From: an uncultured Dorea sp. | GTDB lineage: Bacteria; Bacillota; Clostridia; Lachnospirales; Lachnospiraceae | Length of the DNA stretch: 64,000 bases | Direction: 5' to 3' | Assembly: GCA_934294775.1 (NCBI GenBank) | Contig: CAKRAH010000009.1 | Location: 510 to 64,509 of the forward strand | Part shown: piece after piece, positions 8,096 through 16,325 of the stretch | Position numbering within the stretch: position 1 is the stretch's first letter | Layout of the letters: the number at the start of each line of letters is the position of its first letter | Program-made: the position numbers and the translations under genes | Notes under the pieces: model-generated | The model's database searches: none | Seen by the model: the letters and a program-made list of their open reading frames with translations, nothing else | What the model was told of the DNA's origin: nothing

Positions 8096-9877
8096 ATGGA
8101 AAAGGAAAAGATTATCAGAAAAATCAAACAGGGAGCACCATTTACATCAGCGGTCGTAGTTGCAGCATGTATCGGGGTGTCGTTAAGCGGGTATCAGGCA
8201 CCGGTGTATGAAGCACAGGCACAGACAAAAGAAACAAAACCAGTCAAGACTGAGGAGACGAAAGCTGAAGAAGCACAGGCAAAAGGTTCTTTTGATCTGG
8301 AAGATGGAATCTATAAAGGAACCGGAACCGGTTATGCAGGCGAGATCAGCGTGGCAGTTACGATCAAAGATAAGCAGATTACAGCGATTGATATCTTGAG
8401 TTCATCGGATGATGCAGCATTTTTTAACCGTGCGAAAGGTGTGATCGACCGCATCATTGCAGGACAGACACTGGAAGTCGACGTGGTATCGGGAGCGACT
8501 TACAGTTCTAACGGAATTATCAGTGCAGTAAAGAATGCACTGACAGGTGAAAAAGACAGCGGAACAACCGGGCAGTCACAGTCGGGCAATGCAGCAGCAG
8601 AAGGAAGTACGCTGACACTTGCAGATGAAGAGGAAGCGGCAGCATATAAAGACGGAACCTACTGCGGAACGGGAACAGGATTTGGTGGTACTTTAAAAGT
8701 ACAGGTTGTGATCAGCGGTGGAAAGATTACATCGATAGATGTGATCGAGAATCACGATGACAGCAGTTACTTAAGCCGTGCAATGGCTCTTATCAATAAC
8801 ATTATTGCAACACAGAGCACGAATGTTGATGTGGTATCAGGAGCAACCTACAGTTCTAACGGAATCAAGAGTGCGGTAAGAGATGCATTAAGACAGGCAG
8901 CGGTAAGCGGAAGCGCAGCAGCTGAAAATGCAGCGGATGACAGCCAGTCATCACAGGATACATCAGATACCACACAGGTAACCGGTAATTTCCCTTATAA
9001 AGAAGGAATCTATTACGGAACAGCAGAAGGTTATAACGGTGACATCGAAGTTGCGGTAGTCCTTCAGGATCAGTCCATCAAAGCCGTACTTGTGACAAAG
9101 AATCATGACGATGCCAGATTCTTCGACCGTGCGATGGAAGTTGTAAAGAATATTATGAAAAAGCAAAGCACCGACGTAGACGTGGTATCGGGAGCAACTT
9201 ATAGTTCCAACGGTCTGATCAATGCAGTGAAAAATGCATTAAAAGAAGCCGAAAAAGCAACGAACGGACAGCAGACGATAGAAGAAGAGAAAAAAGCAGA
9301 CACCACAGAACTTGAAAAGCTTCTGGAAGAAGCAGACGGACTGGTACAGGACGAATACACAGAAGCAAGCTGGGCGGTGCTTGAAGTAAGACTAGAAGAT
9401 GCGAAGAAGCTTGTAGACGCAGATAAGACAAAGATCACGCAGGATGAGGTAGACGAAGCAGTTTCCAATCTGAATCAGGCGATGGCGTTACTTGAGAAAA
9501 AGGACGACGGCGGAGACGATAATGATAATAACATTTTCAAAAATGGAATTTATGAAGGAATCGCGCTTTGTAAACCGGATGAGGATGAAGATTTTGAGGC
9601 ATATAACCTGTCCTTAAAAGTTACGATCAGGGACGATAAGATTGTTGCGGTTACGGATGTGACAGGCGATGGAGATTCATCTAATGATAAATACATCAAT
9701 AAAGCAGCAAACGGAACATCAAGCAAGAAAGGCGTCGCAAGTCAGCTGATCGGCAAATCCGATACAGAAGGAATTGATGTGATCAGCGGGGCAACCTGCT
9801 CATCAAAAGCAATCCTGGAAGCGTGTGATAACGCACTGGTTGCTGCAAAGAACAGTAAGGCAGAAAGCGGAGAATAA
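8096..9877 (+). CDS. Extracytosolic protein with four FMN_bind domains and one FIVAR-like helical repeat, N-terminal membrane anchor
   Basis: 593 aa. There are four ~90-aa repeats, each ending in a flavinylation motif: VDVVSGATYSSNG three times and IDVISGATCSS once. The N-terminal hydrophobic segment is APFTSAVVVAACIGVSL. The helical repeat is ..DEYTEASWAVLE...QDEVDEAVSNLNQAMALL. Confidence 0.8.
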   Translation: MEKEKIIRKIKQGAPFTSAVVVAACIGVSLSGYQAPVYEAQAQTKETKPVKTEETKAEEAQAKGSFDLEDGIYKGTGTGYAGEISVAVTIKDKQITAIDILSSSDDAAFFNRAKGVIDRIIAGQTLEVDVVSGATYSSNGIISAVKNALTGEKDSGTTGQSQSGNAAAEGSTLTLADEEEAAAYKDGTYCGTGTGFGGTLKVQVVISGGKITSIDVIENHDDSSYLSRAMALINNIIATQSTNVDVVSGATYSSNGIKSAVRDALRQAAVSGSAAAENAADDSQSSQDTSDTTQVTGNFPYKEGIYYGTAEGYNGDIEVAVVLQDQSIKAVLVTKNHDDARFFDRAMEVVKNIMKKQSTDVDVVSGATYSSNGLINAVKNALKEAEKATNGQQTIEEEKKADTTELEKLLEEADGLVQDEYTEASWAVLEVRLEDAKKLVDADKTKITQDEVDEAVSNLNQAMALLEKKDDGGDDNDNNIFKNGIYEGIALCKPDEDEDFEAYNLSLKVTIRDDKIVAVTDVTGDGDSSNDKYINKAANGTSSKKGVASQLIGKSDTEGIDVISGATCSSKAILEACDNALVAAKNSKAESGE

Positions 9878-9888
9878 GGAGAAAAAGA

Positions 9889-10323
9889 ATGAGAGAATTC
9901 TGGGTGAGGCTGGTCAGTGCGATTGCTGTAGTGGGACTGATCTTTGGATATAATTCAGTCCTGGATACAAGAGCAAAAGACGATCAGATTGCAAAATTAA
10001 ATGCCAAGATTACCGATGAAAAATCCGGTGATTCCGAAGAATCCTCCGACGGAGCTTATAAAAACGGAACTTATACCGGAGAAGCAGATGGATTCGGAGG
10101 AACGATTGAAGTAGAAGTAAAGATAGAAAAACATAAAGTTGCAGAGGTAAATATCGTATCAGCGGACGGCGAGGATGGATCGTATCTGTCAATGGCAGAA
10201 GATATTATTCCGAAAATTGTAGAGGCACAGAGTGCAGATGTGGATACAATAAGCGGAGCAACCTTTAGTTCTACAGGAATCAAAAATGCAGCAAAAGAAG
10301 CACTGGAAAAGGCGGTAGAGTAA
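9889..10323 (+). CDS. Membrane-anchored single FMN_bind domain protein
   Basis: 144 aa. N-terminal TM (VRLVSAIAVVGLIFGY) followed by an FMN_bind domain ending VDTISGATFSSTG. Confidence 0.8.
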   Translation: MREFWVRLVSAIAVVGLIFGYNSVLDTRAKDDQIAKLNAKITDEKSGDSEESSDGAYKNGTYTGEADGFGGTIEVEVKIEKHKVAEVNIVSADGEDGSYLSMAEDIIPKIVEAQSADVDTISGATFSSTGIKNAAKEALEKAVE

Positions 10324-10324
10324 A

Positions 10325-11197
10325 GTGGCAGAAAAGACAGAGAAAAAGTTAAATGTAAAACAGATGAAAAAAATACATACCTGGTTAAGAGCAGCCATTC
10401 AGTTATTGTATTTTATCTTTATACCATCTGTGTATACCGCAGCATTTGCCGGAGTAAAATACATATTTACACAGATTGGAGCAGGTGAAAAAGTGGCACT
10501 TACTTCATTCGTAAGTGTACTGATCGTCGTATGTGTATATACGATGATCTTCGGAAGGTTTTTCTGTGGATTTGCCTGTGCGTTTGGAAGTTTTGGAGAT
10601 GCAGTAAATGCAATATATAGAGCAGTCTGCAAGAAATTAAAGAAAAAGCCGGTTCAGATACCGGAGCATGTGGCATCTAAACTTGCATATTTAAAATATG
10701 TATTACTGATCATCATCGTACTGATGTGCTATAACGATGTATACAGCAAGGCGCAGGGAACAAGTCCGTGGGATGTATTCTCTATGCTTCATGCAGGAAA
10801 CTTCCGCCTGGGAGGTTACGGGATTGGTCTTGTTATATTGATTTTGTTGATTGTGGGAATGTGTCTGGAAGAACGTTTCTTCTGCAGAAACTTATGTCCG
10901 ATGGGAGCAGTATTTTCACTGGTTCCGGTATTACCGTTATTCTCACTTCACAGAGACCGGGGAAACTGCATTCCAAAGTGCAGTGGCTGTACAAGAAAAT
11001 GTCCATCCGGCATCGGACTTCCTGAGGACGGATCATGGAAGGTAGAGGGAGACTGCTTTCAGTGCCAGAAATGTATCGACACATGTCCGAAGAAAAATAT
11101 CCACTGCGGAGTAAAGGCACTTCGTGGAAATGAAATATGGTTCACAGTACTTAGAGCTGTGATTTTACTTGGATTGTTTATCTGGCTTGGTGTATAG
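10325..11197 (+). CDS. NapH/NosR-like polytopic 4Fe-4S binding membrane protein
   Basis: 290 aa. There are several TM helices, two membrane-proximal motifs (FFCGFACAFG and FFCRNLCPMG) and two C-terminal ferredoxin-type clusters (CIPKCSGCTRKCP and CFQCQKCIDTCP). The GTG start is 1 nt after the preceding stop, and the exact start is uncertain. Confidence 0.7.
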   Translation: MAEKTEKKLNVKQMKKIHTWLRAAIQLLYFIFIPSVYTAAFAGVKYIFTQIGAGEKVALTSFVSVLIVVCVYTMIFGRFFCGFACAFGSFGDAVNAIYRAVCKKLKKKPVQIPEHVASKLAYLKYVLLIIIVLMCYNDVYSKAQGTSPWDVFSMLHAGNFRLGGYGIGLVILILLIVGMCLEERFFCRNLCPMGAVFSLVPVLPLFSLHRDRGNCIPKCSGCTRKCPSGIGLPEDGSWKVEGDCFQCQKCIDTCPKKNIHCGVKALRGNEIWFTVLRAVILLGLFIWLGV

Positions 11198-11273
11198 CCG
11201 GATCATAACAGAAGAGATCCGACGGCGACGGATCCTGAGAAGTAGTCAAACGCATCCATATGGAATTATAAGT

Positions 11274-11317
11274 CACCTTACGTTCGAAAGAATCTGCCAG
11301 TGGCAGATTCCGTAGAT
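11274..11317 (+). repeat. Dispersed hairpin repeat, type B copy with fully paired stem
   Basis: caccttacgttcgaaagaatctgccagtggcagattccgtagat. The stem GAATCTGCC/GGCAGATTC is perfectly complementary, a double change relative to the other copies. Confidence 0.75.
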
Positions 11318-11361
11318 ACCATAGCATACAAGAGAAGTTGTCGGTGGCAGGTTCTCTGCAT
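11318..11361 (+). repeat. Dispersed hairpin repeat, type A copy
   Basis: accatagcatacaagagaagttgtcggtggcaggttctctgcat. The 5'-arm C-to-T changes keep G-U wobble pairs. Confidence 0.7.
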
Positions 11362-11460
11362 TACGGGGATTTGTAAATAGTCTTTAGGGATGCGCAATTT
11401 TTGGGTTATAGGTTAGCGATGGCTAACTTAATAATAAAATTTATCAATAAGGAGGCTTTT

Positions 11461-14400
11461 ATGAAAAAGAAAGAGATGAAGACAAAAGCAATGGCTGTGG
11501 CCATGTCAGCAACAATGGCAGCCAGCATTTGCCCGGCTGTACCGGCAATGGCGGTAACAAAAGACCAGGTGGCAAAAGATGGCGTATATACAAAGACAGC
11601 TCATGTTACAAGAACAGAAGCAGATGTAGACGATGAATGGGATGAATATGACGTTGAAGTCTCTCTGACTGTAAAAGATGGGAAATTCTCAGATATCACA
11701 GTAACTCCGGGTGAAGGGTATACAGATGAGAATAAAACATATCTGGCAAAAGCATACAGTAAGTCAAAAGGTATCCAGACATTATTAAAAGATAAAGATG
11801 CAACAGAAGATACAATTAACGGATGGGATACTGTATCAGGAGCAACAAGATCCTCAACAGCTATTAAAAAAGCAGCCCTGGAAGCAATCCAGTCAGCACC
11901 AGTAGCAGAAGCACCGGTAACAGTGGATACATCTGCTCTGGAAAAATCAATCGAACAGGCAAAAGCGCTGAATGAGTCGGACTATACAGCAGAGACATGG
12001 AGCGTATTAAAAGAGAAACTTGCAGCAGCAGAGACAGCTGTTTCTGAAAAGAAATCCCAGGATGCTGTAGATACAGCAAAGAATGAACTGGATGCAGCAA
12101 TTGCAGGACTTAAGAAAGCAGAAGTGGCAAAAGAAGTTTATGTATTGATGAATATTCCATATAATGCATTTTATCAGGCTGATACAAACAGTAAAACAGA
12201 CGCTGTTTCTTCTGCAACACTTCAAAAAACAAGAGTCAGTGGTCTTGCGGGTGGATCTTATCATGTAGACCCGGAGGGTTCAGATATTAGCGGAGTGACA
12301 TTCCCTGTTAAAATCAGTTCAGATGCGTTAAAGAATTATAAGCAGGTTACGGATGACAGTAAAGTTTCTATTACGACAAGTGTAAAAGGAAATACAAGTA
12401 CAACAGAATATACAGGAAAAGATGCCCTTTTTGAAAGCGAAAACTATTCTTATTATATTTTGAGTGAAGAACCATCATATTATAAAGAAGCATCGGTTGA
12501 ATCTGATGGAACTCTTTCGTTTGGTAAGGTTATAGGAACAGCACAGACATTAAGTGATGCTACAGGAGAATTTTCAACAAAGACACGTTACGGAGATTAT
12601 GAATTAGATATGACTGGTTTGCCAGATTCTATTTCTAAAGTATACGGTGTTGTGATTGGAACGAAAGAAGGAGATAAATACGGACTTCGCCATGTGGAAA
12701 ACATTTGGAAAAAGAAAGAACTTGCATGGAGTACAGGATTTGTTACAGAATCGCATGGAAACCAACTGAGTTATGAAAATTACAAGGCTATGATGGGACA
12801 GACCATTAACCAGGTAACTTATTATACAGATGCAGGAATTTATGAAATTCCGGTGAATATCTATGTGCCGGTTAAATTCTCGGGGGAAGTAAAAGTTGAA
12901 GATACTGAGCTGGAGTCTGGAGAAACAACGTATACAGTCAGTGGTATTCCGGATGATTACGAGGCACAGTACAGCGTAAAAGGGCTTAAAGATGTAAAAG
13001 CAAAAGATGGAAAACTTACATTTGACAGCAAAGATGCAACTCCGGGACAATACACTTTGACAATCAGCGACAAAAGTGGTAAATACGCAGATATTACTAC
13101 AAAGTTCCTTCTTACAACAGATAAGGTGCCGGTTAGCTATGACGAAGAAAGTAATGGTTTAGTACCGGCAGAAAAATATAGCCAGAATGATGCAGATGCG
13201 TACGTGAAAAATATTTCTTCAGTAACAGTAAATGGAGAAAAATATGCAGCAACAGGAAAGGGTTCTGTAAAGATTATTAAAGAAGATGGAACATTAGACA
13301 CAACAGCAAAGCCGTTTGCAGATGCAAAAGATGGGGATAAATATGAAATCACAGTTGCATCAACTGGATATACAACTGATTATGATTTCACATATACAGT
13401 GAACGATCAGAATGAATACAAATATGTATACGCAGGACTTACATGGGCTGAGTACTGGGCAGCAGAAGGTGTACAGGCAGCAGGAGATGCTTCATCATCT
13501 GAGGCAGTAGATACAAAGGGAGAATCCGATAAGGGAGCATTCGATGTTGTAACACGTGCAACAACAAACCACGGATTACACAGAGGAAGCTATCAGTGCT
13601 CATCAGTCATCTATATGAAAGATGGATCTACTTACAGTGTAGCATACTATCCGGAAGCAGACAGCCGTACAACGGCAGTACTGACAAATGGCCAGAAAGT
13701 CACATACAATACAGAGGATATTGACCACTACATCGTAACAGGACTGAAATATGTACCAGTGAAAGTTGCAGCAGCTGATTACGAGGCATTTGCGCAGAAA
13801 TATGCAGTAGTAGAGAATGGCTCAGAGTTAACAGGAGGATTCTCAGAAGGAAATCTTTCAAGCTACTCAGGAATCACAGCAAATGTAACAGAGAACACCA
13901 ATGGTCTTAAGACAGCAACTAAGAATGAGGATGGATCATTCAGCTTCTCAGCAAGAGAAACAGGAACAGAATCCGGAATCACAGGACAGGAATTAAAGAC
14001 AGCACCAACAGCAGAGGATGCAGGACTGACAGTCAAAGAAGCAAAGGGATCATACGGAGAGTTCTTAAGAGTAGATCTGACTCAGAACTATGGAGATCTT
14101 GGAGCAAATATGCAGGCTGTAAAATGGACATATTATGGCGATGACAGCACATACAGCAATGCAAAAGCAACATACGGAACAAAATTCGCATCAGATAACT
14201 GGATGCATAAATCAATGGGAATCCAGCTCGGACTTACTGATTCCTTAAGATGTACCCTTCCAGAGGGAACAGATGGAACCGGATACTGGACAATTACAAT
14301 CTCAGCACTTGGATATAATGATGTAACATATCAGTTCCAGGCAACCGATGAGAACATCGTAAAACCAGATGCCGGAGAAATCAATACAGCAAATCTGGAA

Positions 14401-15243
14401 GCAGCAATTGCCAAAGCAGAAGCACTGAATAAAGATGAATACACAGAAGCAAGCTGGGAAGCAATGCAGGTAGAGTTAAAAGAAGCCAAAGAAGAATTAG
14501 AGGCAAAACACTCACAGGCAACAGTAGATGAAGCAACAGAGCACTTAAATGCAGCAATCGATGCACTGGAAAAATCAGAGACACCTGCAGAAGTAGACAC
14601 AGCAAAACTGGAAGCATCTATCGCCGTAGCAGAAGGTTTAAAAGAAGCAGATTACACAGCAGACAGCTGGAAAGCAATGCAGAATGCACTTGCAACAGCT
14701 AAGGCAGCACTGGAAGCAAAAGAAAGCCAGACAGCAGTAGACAGCGCAGCAGAAGCTCTTGACAGTGCAGTAGCAGCACTTGTAAAGGCTGATTCAGAAG
14801 ATCAGGTCAAAGAAGTATCTACAGACGCACTGGAAAAAGCAATCAGCACAGCAGAAGGCTTAAAAGAGTCAGACTACACAGCAGACAGCTGGAAAGCACT
14901 TCAGAGTGCCCTTACATCAGCTAAGACAGCATTGGCTGAGAAGAAAGATCAGACAAGCGTTGACGCAGCAACAGAGAACCTGAACAAAGCAATCAGCGCC
15001 CTTGTAAAAGCATCTTTAACATCAGGAAGTACAACAACTACAACAGGTACATCCGGAACAAAGACAGGCACAACAGGATCAAAGACATCCGGAACAGCTA
15101 CAGGATCAAACAGCAGCACAAAAGCAGCTAAGACAGGAGATCCGGCAGGTGTACTTGGATGGCTTGGACTTGCAGTTTCTTCACTCGGAGCAGGAATCGG
15201 TGGATTCAAACTGAAAAGAAGAAGAGACGAAGAAGAAAAATAG
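11461..15243 (+). CDS. Giant cell-wall-sorted surface protein: signal peptide, FMN_bind domain, FIVAR repeat, two uncharacterised ~400-aa central modules, three FIVAR repeats, Thr/Gly/Ser linker, sorting-signal-like C-terminus
   Basis: ATG at 11461 lies 6 nt after AAGGAGG. The signal peptide is MKKKEMKTKAMAVAMSATMAASICPAVPAMA. The FMN_bind motif is WDTVSGATRSS. The C-terminus is AAKTGD + hydrophobic segment + KLKRRRDEEEK. The longer ORF from 11401 lacks an RBS. Confidence 0.75.
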   Translation: MKKKEMKTKAMAVAMSATMAASICPAVPAMAVTKDQVAKDGVYTKTAHVTRTEADVDDEWDEYDVEVSLTVKDGKFSDITVTPGEGYTDENKTYLAKAYSKSKGIQTLLKDKDATEDTINGWDTVSGATRSSTAIKKAALEAIQSAPVAEAPVTVDTSALEKSIEQAKALNESDYTAETWSVLKEKLAAAETAVSEKKSQDAVDTAKNELDAAIAGLKKAEVAKEVYVLMNIPYNAFYQADTNSKTDAVSSATLQKTRVSGLAGGSYHVDPEGSDISGVTFPVKISSDALKNYKQVTDDSKVSITTSVKGNTSTTEYTGKDALFESENYSYYILSEEPSYYKEASVESDGTLSFGKVIGTAQTLSDATGEFSTKTRYGDYELDMTGLPDSISKVYGVVIGTKEGDKYGLRHVENIWKKKELAWSTGFVTESHGNQLSYENYKAMMGQTINQVTYYTDAGIYEIPVNIYVPVKFSGEVKVEDTELESGETTYTVSGIPDDYEAQYSVKGLKDVKAKDGKLTFDSKDATPGQYTLTISDKSGKYADITTKFLLTTDKVPVSYDEESNGLVPAEKYSQNDADAYVKNISSVTVNGEKYAATGKGSVKIIKEDGTLDTTAKPFADAKDGDKYEITVASTGYTTDYDFTYTVNDQNEYKYVYAGLTWAEYWAAEGVQAAGDASSSEAVDTKGESDKGAFDVVTRATTNHGLHRGSYQCSSVIYMKDGSTYSVAYYPEADSRTTAVLTNGQKVTYNTEDIDHYIVTGLKYVPVKVAAADYEAFAQKYAVVENGSELTGGFSEGNLSSYSGITANVTENTNGLKTATKNEDGSFSFSARETGTESGITGQELKTAPTAEDAGLTVKEAKGSYGEFLRVDLTQNYGDLGANMQAVKWTYYGDDSTYSNAKATYGTKFASDNWMHKSMGIQLGLTDSLRCTLPEGTDGTGYWTITISALGYNDVTYQFQATDENIVKPDAGEINTANLEAAIAKAEALNKDEYTEASWEAMQVELKEAKEELEAKHSQATVDEATEHLNAAIDALEKSETPAEVDTAKLEASIAVAEGLKEADYTADSWKAMQNALATAKAALEAKESQTAVDSAAEALDSAVAALVKADSEDQVKEVSTDALEKAISTAEGLKESDYTADSWKALQSALTSAKTALAEKKDQTSVDAATENLNKAISALVKASLTSGSTTTTTGTSGTKTGTTGSKTSGTATGSNSSTKAAKTGDPAGVLGWLGLAVSSLGAGIGGFKLKRRRDEEEK
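14371..15012 (+). repeat. Three tandem FIVAR-like coding repeats (~200 nt each) within the giant surface protein gene
   Basis: The peptide pattern [DE]YT[AE][DA]SW[KE]A[LM]Q..L..AK..L..K.SQ..VD.A...L..A[IV].AL recurs three times. The DNA of repeats 2 and 3 is visibly similar (gaYtacacagcagacagctggaaagca...). Confidence 0.6.
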
Positions 15244-15644
15244 GCAGTGTTCATAGAAAAAGAGTATATCATACGATGATTCACTGAGAAGGAGTTTCAG
15301 AAGTGAAAGTGCTCTGTGAACATATCTGATAAAAGGCAGGATATTTATCATATCATGTATGGACTTCTGAAAAGTTAGAATTAAAAATCTAATGATTCGG
15401 AGAACAAACAGTACATGATAAGGTGGAAGTCCTGCCTTTTTTTGCCATGAGTTCGGAAGAGATGTATAAGAAAATATAAATATTTTCACAAAGCTAACAT
15501 AGTTCTTTGTTATAATATAATTAAAATGTCGGAAGGCATGAGGATTTTCAAAAATAATGAAAAATCAGGACATTTATACCATTATGAGAAAAACATTTTT
15601 AATCCATAAGAATTGTAAGAAAGATATACGAGGAGGGCACACAC

Positions 15645-16325
15645 ATGGATAAAATTAAAATTTTAGTAGTAGACGATGAAAGCAGAATGAGGAAGCTTGT
15701 AAAGGATTTCTTAGGTAGAGAAGGATATCAGGTAATTGAGGCCGGGGACGGTATGGAAGCAATGGAAAAATTCTATGATGAGAAGAACATTGCACTGATC
15801 ATTCTGGACGTTATGATGCCGAAGATGGACGGATGGCAGGTATGCCGTGAAGTGCGTCAGGAATCCAAAGTACCGATCATCATGCTGACAGCAAGATCAG
15901 AAGAAAGAGATGAACTTCAGGGATTCGATCTGGGCGTGGACGAATACATTTCCAAACCATTCAGTCCGAAGATTCTGGTTGCCAGGGTCAATGCAATCTT
16001 AAGAAGAGCCAATGTATTGGGCGGTGGTGATGAGATTGACGCCGGAGGTATTCTGATTGACAAAGCAGCACATCAGGTGAAGATCGATGGAAAAGAGATT
16101 GAATTAAGCTTCAAGGAATTTGAGCTGCTTGCGTATTTTGTGGAAAATCAGGGCATCGCATTGTCAAGAGAGAAGATATTGAACAATGTATGGGATTATG
16201 ATTATTTCGGAGATGCAAGAACGATCGATACCCATGTGAAGAAATTACGAAGCAAACTTGGAGAAAAAGGCAATTATATCAAGACCATCTGGGGAATGGG
16301 ATACAAATTCGAGGTTGATGCATAA
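15645..16325 (+). CDS. OmpR-family two-component response regulator
   Basis: 226 aa. Receiver domain (ILVVDDE...LDVMMPKMDG) plus winged-helix Trans_reg_C domain (...TIDTHVKKLRSKL...IKTIWGMGYKF). Confidence 0.88.
   Translation: MDKIKILVVDDESRMRKLVKDFLGREGYQVIEAGDGMEAMEKFYDEKNIALIILDVMMPKMDGWQVCREVRQESKVPIIMLTARSEERDELQGFDLGVDEYISKPFSPKILVARVNAILRRANVLGGGDEIDAGGILIDKAAHQVKIDGKEIELSFKEFELLAYFVENQGIALSREKILNNVWDYDYFGDARTIDTHVKKLRSKLGEKGNYIKTIWGMGYKFEVDA

Noticed and set aside
11401-11460. Longer start for the giant surface protein (MGYRLAMANLIIKFINKEAF...)
   Set aside because: The TTG-initiated extension precedes the obvious AAGGAGG-ATG (11461) and would bury the signal peptide.
15181-15489. 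102-aa minus-strand ORF downstream of the giant surface protein gene
   Set aside because: It spans an AT-rich intergenic spacer and the 3' end of the + strand gene. It has no RBS and no recognisable family.
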